A stretch of DNA of 64,000 nt from Candidatus Latescibacterota bacterium (lineage in GTDB: Bacteria; Latescibacterota; UBA2968; UBA8231): NCBI GenBank assembly GCA_965206595.1, contig OZ242214.1, positions 5,920,001 to 5,984,000 of the forward strand, given 5' to 3'. Below the pieces are notes generated by a model, which saw nothing but the letters and a program-made list of their open reading frames with translations, ran no database searches and was not told where the DNA came from. Position numbers and translations under genes: made by a program. Shown in pieces: positions 51,987 to 61,736 of the stretch. Within the stretch, counting starts at the first letter, position 1. Every line of letters starts with the position of its first letter.

Positions 51987-52970
51987 TCAAGATGCACCGC
52001 GCTCTTTCAGGAGCGCTGCCGCCCGGGTCGCGCCGCCGAACTCCGCCCAACCCCGCGGTGTGCCGCCGTGGGCTCCGTCGACGACGGTGGGGTCCGCACC
52101 GCGGTCCAACAGCAGCTTCACGCAGCCCACCGCGTCGTGCTGGGCGGCCAGGTGCATGGCGACAGCGCGCACGCCGTGTCCTTCGCCGCCCCAGTCGTGG
52201 CGCAGATCCGGATCCGCGCCGTGATCGAGCAGCCAGACCGCGGCTTCCACCTTGTCGCTGTAGCAGGCCCACAGCAGCGGCGTGCCGCGGAACGGGTTGG
52301 CGTTGACGTTGGCGCCACGGGCTACGAGTTCTGCCATCGTGTCGCATTGGTTGTTCCGCGCCGCCCAAGACAGCGCCTCGTCGACGACCTCCTGGCGCTC
52401 GAGCGTCCTGTTCCAGGTGGGGAAGAACACCGGGGCGTAGAAGCCGAGGCCTTCCCGCGCGGCAGGCGTCGGATCGCTCCCTTCGAAGAACCTGCTGACG
52501 TCGGCGCCAAGGGCCGCAGCGGCGCGCAGGTTGTCCGGGTACACGGGCGTGAGCACGCCGCCCATGTAAGCCTTGGCATAGAACAGGGCGTACGACAGGG
52601 GCGAACCGCCCTCTCTCCCGTAAGCCTCGTCACGAACGGAGGCCCCGGCCTGCACCAGACGCGCGCCGAGGTCGGTGTGTCCCGCCATGCCGGCGGTGTG
52701 CAGCGGCGTCCAACCGTCGTTGTCGGCCGCGGAAGGGTCCGCGCCTGCGGCCAGGATCATGTCCACCGCCGCGTGCTGCTGCCGAGTGCCGGGATCGAGA
52801 GGAATGGCGATGTCGCCAGTGGCCGCGCGGCAGGCCAGATCGAGCAGGGTGCGCCCGTCGGCATCGGCGGCGGCGGTTACGGAAGGAGAATCGGCAAGGA
52901 TGGCCGCGAGGGACTCGAGATCGCCCGCACGGGCGGCCGTTGCCGCCTGCGTCAGTGCGTCTTCAGCCAC
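51987..52970 (-). CDS. Ankyrin-repeat protein
   Basis: GRTLLDLA, GWTPLHTA, GSPLSYA, GTPLLWA, LLDHGADP repeats; start uncertain (TTG 53024 alternative). Confidence 0.88.
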   Translation of the reverse strand: MAEDALTQAATAARAGDLESLAAILADSPSVTAAADADGRTLLDLACRAATGDIAIPLDPGTRQQHAAVDMILAAGADPSAADNDGWTPLHTAGMAGHTDLGARLVQAGASVRDEAYGREGGSPLSYALFYAKAYMGGVLTPVYPDNLRAAAALGADVSRFFEGSDPTPAAREGLGFYAPVFFPTWNRTLERQEVVDEALSWAARNNQCDTMAELVARGANVNANPFRGTPLLWACYSDKVEAAVWLLDHGADPDLRHDWGGEGHGVRAVAMHLAAQHDAVGCVKLLLDRGADPTVVDGAHGGTPRGWAEFGGATRAAALLKERGAS

Positions 52971-53094
52971 GCCGGTCTCCCTGGTCGGGGGGGCGGTCGC
53001 ATCACCTTGGGAAATCCTTGCCAAAAAGGGGATGAAGCGCCGGGCACGAGCTCGAATGCTTCGAGTTCCACGTCCGGCAAAAGCGGAGCCGCGT

Positions 53095-53391
53095 TCAGTT
53101 CCGCCCTTGCCGAACTTCCCGCCAAAGCCTCACGGCCAGCGGGAAGTCGCCGTCCCTGAGAGCGACCAGAGCCAGCACCTTGAGGGAATCGCGGGATCGG
53201 TGGAGGGCGCAGGCGCGCTGAGCGCAGGCGCGGGCTCGCGTGCTGCAACCGCGTTCAAGCGCCGCACGTGCGGATCGCCGTTGGCGGTCTGCGGCCTGTT
53301 CGACCGCCAGCACCTGGCGCAAATCGGTCTGGCAGCGATGGCAGCAAAGGCCCCCCTGGTACCGGGCCCTGCAGGTCGGACAGCATTCCAC
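53095..53391 (-). CDS. Small CxxC-CxxC zinc-ribbon plus TPR-like protein
   Basis: CPTC...CHRCQTDL then helical repeat; 5 nt downstream of Hsp70 stop. Confidence 0.7.
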   Translation of the reverse strand: MECCPTCRARYQGGLCCHRCQTDLRQVLAVEQAADRQRRSARAALERGCSTRARACAQRACALHRSRDSLKVLALVALRDGDFPLAVRLWREVRQGRN

Positions 53392-53396
53392 GCAGG

Positions 53397-55136
53397 CTAT
53401 TCCAGATAGAAGAGAATCTCGTCGAGTTCCTGCCTGCAGGCAGCGACCTTTTCCGCCTGCCCTTCCCTCAGGGCATCGCGCAGATCCTCCATGAGATTGA
53501 CGATCTCTTCGCGATCCTGGGCCGGGGAGGTATCGAGCACTTTTTCAGCTCGTTCCAGGGTGTCCTTGACCTCATCGGGCACCTCGACGCCGGCCTCCTC
53601 CCCGGGTGTGGCTTCCTCTACCCCCCAGAGTGCCTCGACCCGCTTCCTGGACGCGCTGAGTTCTTCTTCAGTGGAACGCCCCATGGCGTCTTCCACTACA
53701 CCGTGGATTTCCCGGCCGGTCGCCCGTTCGACGGCGTGAATTTCCAGGAGGCCGTCGAGATCCAGACTGTAGGTAAAGAGAATCCCCTGCTCCTGGGCGC
53801 CTTTCTGCTGGTTCAAATCGCCAAAGTGGAAGGTGCCGATCTCCACGTTCTTCAAGGCGTCCGGATCTTCTCCCTGGTAGACCTTGATCTCCACGTTTTC
53901 CTGATGTTCGTGCATGGTGAAGAATACTTCCGTCCGGGTAGCCGGGAGTCTGGCGTTGCGCCGGATGAGGGGAATGAACTGGTGAGCGTAAGGCATACCG
54001 TAGAGTTCCCCGACGGCACTGGTGCCGAAAGTATAGGGCGTGATATCGACGAGGACGGCCTGCACCTCCTGCCCCATCTCGATCCCCGCCTGCACCGCAG
54101 CCCCCAGCGCCACGCACAGATCCGGGTCCACGCCGCCGTGCGGCTCCTGCCCGAGTCGCTCCGAAAGGAGTTGGACAATGCGCGGAATGCGGGTCGAACC
54201 TCCCACCAGCAGAATGCGGTCGAGCTGGCTCGGGCGCACATCGGCGTCGTTGAGCGCCGTAGTAACAGCCTGCATGGTGCGGGCCAGCGGTTCTTCCAGC
54301 GCGCGTTCAAAGTCGTCGCGGCTCAGTTCGCAGGAAAGATGCAGGGCCTCGCCGTCGACCGAAGCGACGTGGTCTTCCTCCACGCAGGCGTACGGCTGAT
54401 GGGAGAGTTCGATTTTGGCTCTTTCCGCCGCCTGCCGCAGCCGCGCCTGCAAAAGCCGGTTCCGGCGGCTGTCCGCAAGGCCCAGTTCGGTTTCGACGTG
54501 GGTGTTGAGGCGCTCGAGGAGGACCTGGTCGAAATCGTCCCCCCCCAGGTGGTTGTCCCCGGTGGAAGCCAAGACCTCAACCACCCCTGCTTCCATGCTA
54601 ACCACCGAGACGTCGAAGGTGCCCCCGCCCAGATCGTACACGAGGATTTTGCGGTGTCCCTCGCTGCTGCTTTCGTAACTTAGCGCAGCGGCCGTAGGCT
54701 CGTTGATAATCCGCACCACCTCCAGGCCGGCGAGATCGCCGGCTTCCCGGGTGGCCTGCCGCTGGGCATCGGTGAAATAGGCCGGTACCGTGATGACGGC
54801 CTTGGACACGGGCCGGCCCAGGGCCGAGCTCGCCCGCTCTTTGAGCGCCTTGAGGATAAAGGCGGAAATCTCCTGCGGCCTGTATTCCTCCGCTCCCATC
54901 GGCACCTTGGTCTCGGAACCCATGAGGCGCTTGATGGAAAGCACCGTGCGCTCAGGGGCGACCGCGTACTGATTGCGGGCCTGGTGCCCGATGACGACCT
55001 GCCCCGTCTCATCGAGCCCCACACAGGAAGGGAGAATCGCTTCATCTCCCTCCCGGACGATCCGGGGCGTCCCCCCGGAAATAATCGCCACTTCCGAGTT
55101 GGTCGTGCCCAGGTCGATACCGATGACCGGTTCCAT
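53397..55136 (-). CDS. Hsp70-family protein (DnaK paralog, non-canonical)
   Basis: GIDLGTTNS, VITVPAYF, INEPTAAA, YDLGGGTFD, LVGGSTRIP; linker VLVDITPYTFG; short C-terminus. Confidence 0.92.
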   Translation of the reverse strand: MEPVIGIDLGTTNSEVAIISGGTPRIVREGDEAILPSCVGLDETGQVVIGHQARNQYAVAPERTVLSIKRLMGSETKVPMGAEEYRPQEISAFILKALKERASSALGRPVSKAVITVPAYFTDAQRQATREAGDLAGLEVVRIINEPTAAALSYESSSEGHRKILVYDLGGGTFDVSVVSMEAGVVEVLASTGDNHLGGDDFDQVLLERLNTHVETELGLADSRRNRLLQARLRQAAERAKIELSHQPYACVEEDHVASVDGEALHLSCELSRDDFERALEEPLARTMQAVTTALNDADVRPSQLDRILLVGGSTRIPRIVQLLSERLGQEPHGGVDPDLCVALGAAVQAGIEMGQEVQAVLVDITPYTFGTSAVGELYGMPYAHQFIPLIRRNARLPATRTEVFFTMHEHQENVEIKVYQGEDPDALKNVEIGTFHFGDLNQQKGAQEQGILFTYSLDLDGLLEIHAVERATGREIHGVVEDAMGRSTEEELSASRKRVEALWGVEEATPGEEAGVEVPDEVKDTLERAEKVLDTSPAQDREEIVNLMEDLRDALREGQAEKVAACRQELDEILFYLE

Positions 55137-55141
55137 GGAAA

Positions 55142-55807
55142 TCACTCCTTCGGGTCGAGACGGTTGACGGCTACCTCGGCCAGGCGAAGCACCTGGCCGT
55201 CTCGCGTAAAACCGCTGAGAAACTCCTCGACGACCACCTTGTCGGCGAGTTGCGCGACCCGGCGCGTCTCCACCGACCGCATGGTGCGGGCATCGAAGGG
55301 ATTCCCTACGGTCGGCAAGAGCTGGACGCCGAAACCGCCCAGCATCCGGTCGAAGCGTCTGAGAGCCAATTCATATCCTTGCACCACCCCGGCAATCCCC
55401 GATGCGCGGCGCCGGAACAGCAGCGGCGGTCGACGCAGTTCGCCTGCCGCCGCCCGGCCTCGCACCAAAGCGTCGCGCACCTCTAAAAAGGGCCGCAGGC
55501 AGCGATCCTCGGCCGCCCTGGCGACGCGCTGCTCGAAGGATGCCAGATCCTCTTCCCGGTGCTGCGCCCAGTCCGCGACCGTTCCGTATAGAGCGCCCGC
55601 CCTGGCCAACTCCCGGCCAACTCTGGCCTGCTCCCGGTTCTGCAGGCGGGTCTCCTGCCGCAGGGCGGCAATTTCTGCGAACAGGTCGCGCAGGTCGCAC
55701 TCGGCGGTTTCCCCGGCAGCCGCTGGAGGGTCCCCGGTCCACTCCTCCAGCCACTGCCCGAAATCCGCCAGCGCCTGTTGCTTCCAGTCGTCGCCCGGCC
55801 TACCCAT
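55142..55807 (-). CDS. GrpE-like nucleotide exchange factor
   Basis: Coiled coil then GNPFDARTM...VVEEFLSGF...VLRLAEVAV. Confidence 0.85.
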   Translation of the reverse strand: MGRPGDDWKQQALADFGQWLEEWTGDPPAAAGETAECDLRDLFAEIAALRQETRLQNREQARVGRELARAGALYGTVADWAQHREEDLASFEQRVARAAEDRCLRPFLEVRDALVRGRAAAGELRRPPLLFRRRASGIAGVVQGYELALRRFDRMLGGFGVQLLPTVGNPFDARTMRSVETRRVAQLADKVVVEEFLSGFTRDGQVLRLAEVAVNRLDPKE

Positions 55808-56126
55808 CGTTGCCGTTGCCTTTCACCGAAGCCTTGCCCTCCGCCGCAAGGAGCGTTTTCAAGCCCGGTGTCTTGCGCCCGCCCGCCCGCGCCTGGACCA
55901 ATGCCTCGAGAGCGAGTTCAAATTCGCCGTACCGGGCCATCCCGAAGATGGCGGTTTCCACTCGCGAGCGGTCGTCCTTCAAGGCGTCGTATGCGGCGGC
56001 AATTTGCTGGAAGCGCTGCGGATTCCGACCGGGTGGATGGGTGCGGACCAGCTGCAAATAGCGCTGGCGAATCTCTGCCTGGGAGGCGGTCGGAGAAAGC
56101 CCCAGGACCAGGTAATGAGCCAGCAT
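55800..56126 (-). CDS. Small J-domain protein with HPP variant motif
   Basis: YLVLGL...EIRQRY...THPPGRNP.RFQQIAAAYDAL. Confidence 0.85.
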   Translation of the reverse strand: MLAHYLVLGLSPTASQAEIRQRYLQLVRTHPPGRNPQRFQQIAAAYDALKDDRSRVETAIFGMARYGEFELALEALVQARAGGRKTPGLKTLLAAEGKASVKGNGNDG

Positions 56127-56146
56127 GTCTCAGCTCCTCAACGAGG

Positions 56147-58780
56147 TCACTTCTTTTTTCGGGCGAAGAGCAGAAAGTACACTTCCGGCGACAGCGAGTC
56201 GCTCAGATTCTCTGCCTCGCACTCGCCGGCTATCCGTTCCAGGTCTCGCCGCGTCTCAGGACTGGATCTGAAGTCGCCGGCAAATTCCTTGAGTGCGGAC
56301 AGGGGGGCTCCTCGCAGGTTGTTTTCCTCGATGATGTCTTCCAGCTCGAACAGTTCTTCTTCTATACGGCGGCCGCCCGGATCCGGAAACGCCGGAGCCC
56401 CGGCCCCGTCGCTGAGCGGCCCGCCGAGGAGGTCCAGCGGAAACCCACCCCCGAACAGGGCCAGGGGCAAGTCGAGCAGGTCAAAGCGGAACTCCTGCAG
56501 GGCCTTCCGCAAGGGGGCGTCCACGTGGCCGGCGAGCCGCGCCGCAGCCGCCCGCAGCCGCGTCTGGTCGGCGGCGTCGGCCGCGTCGAGGACTTCCTTA
56601 AAGCGCCTCGAATCGCAGTCCTGGCCCTCCTGGTAGCGAATTACCGCCAGGTAGAACAGCAGCAGCCGGTCGCGCCGGCCCTTTTTGCGGCCCCGCAGGC
56701 GGCGGTCTATTTCGGCGCGGACCGGAGCGAGCTCGTCGCAGGCCATCAGGATATCGAAAAAGGCCAGCAGGACCTCCCCTTCGAGGCGCTCCATGAGTGC
56801 CGGCCACCAGTCGGCGAGGACCGGAGCCGTCTGCAGGCGTTCGTAGAGGATGCGGAAGTCAGCCGGCAAAGGGGCGATGAGCTCGAGAATCTCGTCGGGG
56901 CCGAGTTGATCAAAGGCGGTTGCTTGCCGGCCGAGCAACGGTTTAAGGGCACCCTCCATCTCGGGCCGGACGTTTTTGGTATGGCTGTTTTCCGCCAGAT
57001 CGTGGAGCAGCAGGGCCAACGTTCTGAGCCGGGCACCGGGCGGCAGGCACTCCAGGCGGGGAGCGACGACCTCGGCGGCGTCCCGGCCGGCCGATACGAC
57101 CGCCAGAAGAAGACCCTTCACCCGCAAGACCAACGCCAGCCGCGGACGCTCCAGGTGCTCAGCGCGCTGGAGGTCCCGGGCGGCCAACTCAAACCTTCCG
57201 CGCTTGCGGCTCTGATCGGCGGATTTGAGGAAGCCGATGGCCTGCATATCCAGAAGACGCTCGTCGTGGGGAGCGCGCCTGAGGCCCTCGGCAAGGGCCT
57301 TTTCGGCGCGCCGGTACGCGTTCCTGGCATAGTGGAGGGCAGCCAGTTCCAGGTAGGGGTCCGGATCGTCCGGGAAGCGGGCGGCCATGTCGCCCAAGGT
57401 CTTTTCGAACCTGGACCGGTACTCGGGGTGGCCCCGCAGCAGACCGAGGAGAAAGCGATAGCCTTCGCGGTTGCCGGGATCGGCCGCAAGACTGGCCGTC
57501 ATCAACTGGGCCAACAACATCCGGGGATCTTCGAGCGGTTCGTCCAGCAAGGCCGCGAGACACTCTACCGCTTCCGAACGCAGGCGGTGTGGCTGAAGAC
57601 CGACCTTGTGAGCGGTCCGGGCGAGGACCTCCAGCACGCGGCCCCGGGCAAGGGCCCGGTCCGGAGCATGGGGAAACTCCACCAGCAGCTGGTCGAGATA
57701 CACGGCAGCCGGCGCCGGATCCCACAAGTGGGGTTCCATCTGCTGGATCAGCAAGCCAATCTGGGCGGTGACCCCAGCCGCCCGCTCATCCGAAAGGAGC
57801 CGGCTGGCCAGGCCGGAGAAGATCCTGACGGGCACTTTGTTCTGCGGAACGGCCAGACCAACGACCTGCAGCAGGGCAATCCGAGCCTGGAGAGGCTCTT
57901 CGGGGTAAAGGGCAGCGGCCAGACCGGGAATAATCCGTTCTATCTCGCGCAGACGCCCTTTGTGAATCGCCTGGCCCAGTTGGTCGGCAAGGGCCGCGCT
58001 GTCCGTCCCCAGGGCATGCTGCACTGCCGCCGGCCCGCCGACGCCTTCGCCGGTACAAAGACGTCTCCATTCGGCGACTGTGTGCGGCAGGGCAAAATCG
58101 GCCGGCAAAAGGTCGAGAATCCGGCGCAACCCCTCGTTGTCGCCGTTGCCGAAACAGACCATGGCCTTGCAGAACAGACGCCAGGCAGCAAACGGGGAGC
58201 GCCGGCTGATTCCTTGCAGCAGGCCGCCGGCCCGCTCCCAGTCCCCGGCGTCCATGGCTTCAAGGCTCTCCTGGACTGGAGCGGTGTCCCGCCGCAGGGG
58301 GTGATCCGCGGCAAGGACTTCGAGGCCCTGCCAGCACCGTTGGATCACGAGCAGATCCGCCAGCATCCGCTCGACCTGGAGAATGGGCGGCAATGGGGTC
58401 TGCAGATAGTCCGCATAATCCGCCAGTACTTCCGCCCCGTCTGCGTGGCGGAAGTACTGCACCAAGTCTTCTTCGGCCAGCTGCTGGAAGGAAATGGAGG
58501 TTCGGTACTGGGCAGCACCTGCCCGCATCGCACCGGCTTCCTTGGCCAGGCCCTTTTGCGCCAACTGACGGGCGCGTTGCTTGCAGGCGCAAAAAAGCAA
58601 CAGCGGCAGTTCCTCCATCGCAGGGTCGCCGTGCTGGGCATGCCTGAGCAGGTCGAGGGCTCTGCGTCCATCCCCCTCGGTCAAAGTCTGCCGGGCCTGC
58701 GCCAACAGATCCCTGGGCGGAACGCGCCTTTGTTTCAGCCGTTTCCGCTTTCGATCTCTGCGGCTGTGCATACCGGGCAT
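56147..58780 (-). CDS. Large alpha-helical/TPR-like hypothetical protein (877 aa), first gene of Hsp70 operon
   Basis: Long ORF, FPDDPDPYLELA...ALAEGLRRAPHD TPR-like segment, basic N-terminus. Confidence 0.75.
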   Translation of the reverse strand: MPGMHSRRDRKRKRLKQRRVPPRDLLAQARQTLTEGDGRRALDLLRHAQHGDPAMEELPLLLFCACKQRARQLAQKGLAKEAGAMRAGAAQYRTSISFQQLAEEDLVQYFRHADGAEVLADYADYLQTPLPPILQVERMLADLLVIQRCWQGLEVLAADHPLRRDTAPVQESLEAMDAGDWERAGGLLQGISRRSPFAAWRLFCKAMVCFGNGDNEGLRRILDLLPADFALPHTVAEWRRLCTGEGVGGPAAVQHALGTDSAALADQLGQAIHKGRLREIERIIPGLAAALYPEEPLQARIALLQVVGLAVPQNKVPVRIFSGLASRLLSDERAAGVTAQIGLLIQQMEPHLWDPAPAAVYLDQLLVEFPHAPDRALARGRVLEVLARTAHKVGLQPHRLRSEAVECLAALLDEPLEDPRMLLAQLMTASLAADPGNREGYRFLLGLLRGHPEYRSRFEKTLGDMAARFPDDPDPYLELAALHYARNAYRRAEKALAEGLRRAPHDERLLDMQAIGFLKSADQSRKRGRFELAARDLQRAEHLERPRLALVLRVKGLLLAVVSAGRDAAEVVAPRLECLPPGARLRTLALLLHDLAENSHTKNVRPEMEGALKPLLGRQATAFDQLGPDEILELIAPLPADFRILYERLQTAPVLADWWPALMERLEGEVLLAFFDILMACDELAPVRAEIDRRLRGRKKGRRDRLLLFYLAVIRYQEGQDCDSRRFKEVLDAADAADQTRLRAAAARLAGHVDAPLRKALQEFRFDLLDLPLALFGGGFPLDLLGGPLSDGAGAPAFPDPGGRRIEEELFELEDIIEENNLRGAPLSALKEFAGDFRSSPETRRDLERIAGECEAENLSDSLSPEVYFLLFARKKK

Positions 58781-59075
58781 TTTACCTCGTCCGCTGGCCG
58801 ATCCGGCTCTCCCTGGGCCGCTCGCGATGCACCATCCCGGCCAGCTGGGGCGCTGCTCGTAGAGACTGGAGGGCCACGGTCGGCATCACCGCACTCGGCT
58901 CCGGGTCCATTGATCAACTCTGTTGTCGAGCAGTCCAGAGAATGGGGTCCACCTCGATCAGGATATCGTACCACTTGCCAGGTTCCATCTCAAGCCCGGT
59001 CCCTGTCCTCCATCCGCCACCGGCCACAGGGCAGTAACGGACCGCATGACGCGAGTGTCGATTACACGGATATCC

Positions 59076-60317
59076 TCATCGGGCGGCCTCCGCCAGGTTC
59101 AGGCAGGCGATTTCCTGTTCGTCGCGGAGGTAGAGACGGCCGCCGGCGAGTGTGGGTACCGTCCAACAGCGGCCGTTGAAAGCGGGATAGCCGGCCTTTT
59201 CGACGAAGCCTTCGGGCGTGGCCTCGGCCAGGCCGAGATTGCCGCCTTCACCCAGGATGACGAGGTGGCCGTCGGCGACGATCAAAGTGCCCTTGCCGTA
59301 GCCCCGGGTCTTCCACTTTTCCGCGCCGGTCCCGGCGTCGATGCACTTGAGGATCGAGCCGTCAAAACCGTAGAGGTGGCCCTGGTAGTAGATGGAGGTG
59401 GCGAAGTGATTTTTCATTTCCGTATTGCGCCAGATCTCCTTCACACTATAGCCGCTGTCTGCGACGGAGACCTCCACCACGGTGCCGCCCGTGCCGTAGC
59501 CGGAGGAGATAAAGAAGCGGTTGGGTGGTATGAAAACCGGGGTGGCGGCGTTGACGTCGTGGCTGGTCGTCCAGGGGTGGTTCCACAGCACCTGGCCGTT
59601 TTGCGGCGCGACCGAGAGCAGCCCGGAGCCGGTGAAAAACACCGCCTGGCGCGTTTGGCCGACGGTGACGGCGATGGGAGAGGAGTAGCCCAGCTTGTCG
59701 CTGCCGGTGGTCCAGGCGACGTCGCCGCTTGTTTTGTCAAAGGCTATCAGCGAATGACCGCCATTACCGCCGGCTTCGATCAGGACCAGGTTTCCGGCGA
59801 CCAGAGGCGACGGGCAAAAGCCCCAGCGGGCCCTCTTGCTGCCGTATTCGCGCACCAGGTCGCGGCTCCATTTTTGAGAACCGGTCCGGCTGTCGAGGGC
59901 GTAGAGCTTGCCGTAGGCGCTGGAGACATAGACCGTCCCGTCGTCCACGGTGGGGGTGGCACGAGGACCGTCGCCGCCCTGCCGTTCCATTAACAAACTG
60001 TCGGTGCGGGTGCGCCACAGCACTGCGCCGTTGCCGGCGTCGAGACAGGCCGCGTATTCATCCCCGCCGTGGATGTACATCGTATAGATGCGATTGCCGG
60101 CTACGGAAAGCCCGGAAAAACCCTTCCCCCCTTGAACGCGCCAGGCCTGATTCAACGACAGCTTGTCGCCGAACAGGCCGGTCTCCGGCGAAATGCCGTT
60201 GCGGTCGGGGCCGAGCCATTGCGGCCAGCCTGCCGATTGCCAGCGCGACCAATCCTGGGCCAAGGTTGGAAAGGCGCATAAAAAGAGGGTCAGGGCCACT
60301 CCCAAAATCTTCTTCAT
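59076..60317 (-). CDS. PQQ-binding-like beta-propeller repeat protein (secreted)
   Basis: WPQWLGPDRNG, GPRATPTV, ALDSRTG..KW repeats; signal peptide. Confidence 0.88.
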   Translation of the reverse strand: MKKILGVALTLFLCAFPTLAQDWSRWQSAGWPQWLGPDRNGISPETGLFGDKLSLNQAWRVQGGKGFSGLSVAGNRIYTMYIHGGDEYAACLDAGNGAVLWRTRTDSLLMERQGGDGPRATPTVDDGTVYVSSAYGKLYALDSRTGSQKWSRDLVREYGSKRARWGFCPSPLVAGNLVLIEAGGNGGHSLIAFDKTSGDVAWTTGSDKLGYSSPIAVTVGQTRQAVFFTGSGLLSVAPQNGQVLWNHPWTTSHDVNAATPVFIPPNRFFISSGYGTGGTVVEVSVADSGYSVKEIWRNTEMKNHFATSIYYQGHLYGFDGSILKCIDAGTGAEKWKTRGYGKGTLIVADGHLVILGEGGNLGLAEATPEGFVEKAGYPAFNGRCWTVPTLAGGRLYLRDEQEIACLNLAEAAR

Positions 60318-60514
60318 TGGGCAGCTCCTTTGCCGTTGCGGATGGAGGTTGAAATTCGGTCGGGCGCGATGAACAGGAGTCGCCGCGCTGATGTACAGGT
60401 AAAATAAGGCACCTTTTCGGGCTCTCTGCTCCTCGCGCATAGCCTTGACGGGACGCAAAAAAACGCGGAGCAGACGAGCTGCTCCGCGTCGTGAAGGAAA
60501 ACAGGAATCGGTGC

Positions 60515-61089
60515 TTACCCCCGGCCGCGCCAGCCTTTGCCGCCGCCGTAGAAGGCATCGTCCTTCATCTCTTCGAGCTTTTCGCGCTGTTCATCGGTCA
60601 AGACGTTTTCCAGGGCCGTGCGTTGCTTTTGGCGCGTTTCGCGTATCTCTGCGCGGTGCTCTGTGCGCAATTCCTCGAGCTGTTCCTTCTGCTCGTCGGT
60701 CAGGTCCAGCTTTGAAAACGCGCCCTTACCGTCGCGCTCTGCGCGGTAACGACCCTTACCGCCGCGCCGGTCGAAAAACTTGCCACGCTTGCCGCGCATT
60801 TCTTTCAGGGTTTCCTGCTGCTCCTCGGTCAAAAGGTTCATAACCGCTTGGCGCTGCTCCTTGCCCATGGTGGCCATGGTCTCGCGCTGCCCGCGCATGG
60901 CTTCGCGGTGCTCCTTGCGCAACGCTTGCAACTGCTCCTTCTGCGCGTCGGTCAGGTCGAGACGCCCCAGCATCCACGGCGGGGCTGCCTGTGCTCCCGC
61001 ATCTTTCCTCCGTGTTCGGCTACGGCCACGGTGCCCAGCGCCCCGAGTGCCAGCGCGACGCCGGCTGAGATGATCCATTTCCTTTTCAC
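60515..61089 (-). CDS. Spy/CpxP-family periplasmic chaperone (frameshift near 60975)
   Basis: LDLTDAQKEQL, LTEEQ, LDLTDEQ, LTDEQ motifs; signal peptide VKRKWIISAGVALALGALGTVAVA in adjacent frame. Confidence 0.75.
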
Positions 61090-61200
61090 TTTTCTTTCTC
61101 CGCGTCAAGCGTCAGTTGGGTTTACCGCCTTGGTCGGCGGCTCGTGAGAGATGGCCATTTCTCTTCTCCACGCCCTATTAGACAACCGATTGATGCAATT

Positions 61201-61249
61201 CATTACAACGCAGCTTCATTACAACGCAGCTTCATTTTTGCAGCTTCAT
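61201..61249. repeat. Tandem repeat upstream of spy-like gene
   Basis: CATTACAACGCAGCTT x2 plus partial CATTTTTGCAGCTTCAT. Confidence 0.85.
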
Positions 61250-61579
61250 TTTTTTTGTGGTGCCGTCGATTGAGGCTGACCCGGCCATGTCCTTCGTCAC
61301 CCGCCCGGCTCTGGAGCCCGTCCTTCGCCCCGCCCGACGGCTCGACTTCCTCCGCCCACGCCGACAGCCCGCTCGTGCCGTGCCGCAGGTCTTCAGCGTT
61401 GGCCCGGCATCTCCGACCCCGAACTCTCGCCCGACAGCAAGGCCACCGCCCACTCGAGAGCCTTGCCCGCGACCTGGACGTCGTCGACGGCTTCGGGCGG
61501 CGGCTCGCTCCGCCGCGGAAGGTCTTGGTCTGCCGGGTGCTTCCCCGTCTGGTCGATGGAGCTCACGTCGAGTCCGCAC

Positions 61580-61736
61580 AGATTCATTTCCGATGCACCT
61601 CGTGGCTGGCGTGTCCATCGGCTCTCAGGTGACCGGCAGGACGAATGGAGCATTTCGGTATCCGGCTAATTGGCGGATTACCTTCGCAGAAGAGGACGGC
61701 TACATCGACCGCTTGAACTTGGAGGACTACCAATAA
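61580..61736 (+). pseudogene. HigB/RelE-type toxin remnant (5'-truncated, frameshift at 61667)
   Basis: WRVHRLSGDRQDEWSISVSG/NWRITF...LNLEDY. Confidence 0.75.

Noticed and set aside
53397-55136. Housekeeping dnaK call
   Set aside because: Divergent linker, short C-terminus and atypical partners; symbol withheld.
58915-59070. Minus-strand coding-like fragment (GLEMEPGKWYDILIEVD)
   Set aside because: Too short and broken to assign; possible gene remnant.
55778-59179. 1133-aa plus-strand ORF and many other long antisense ORFs
   Set aside because: Shadows of real genes in high-GC DNA; no recognisable motifs.
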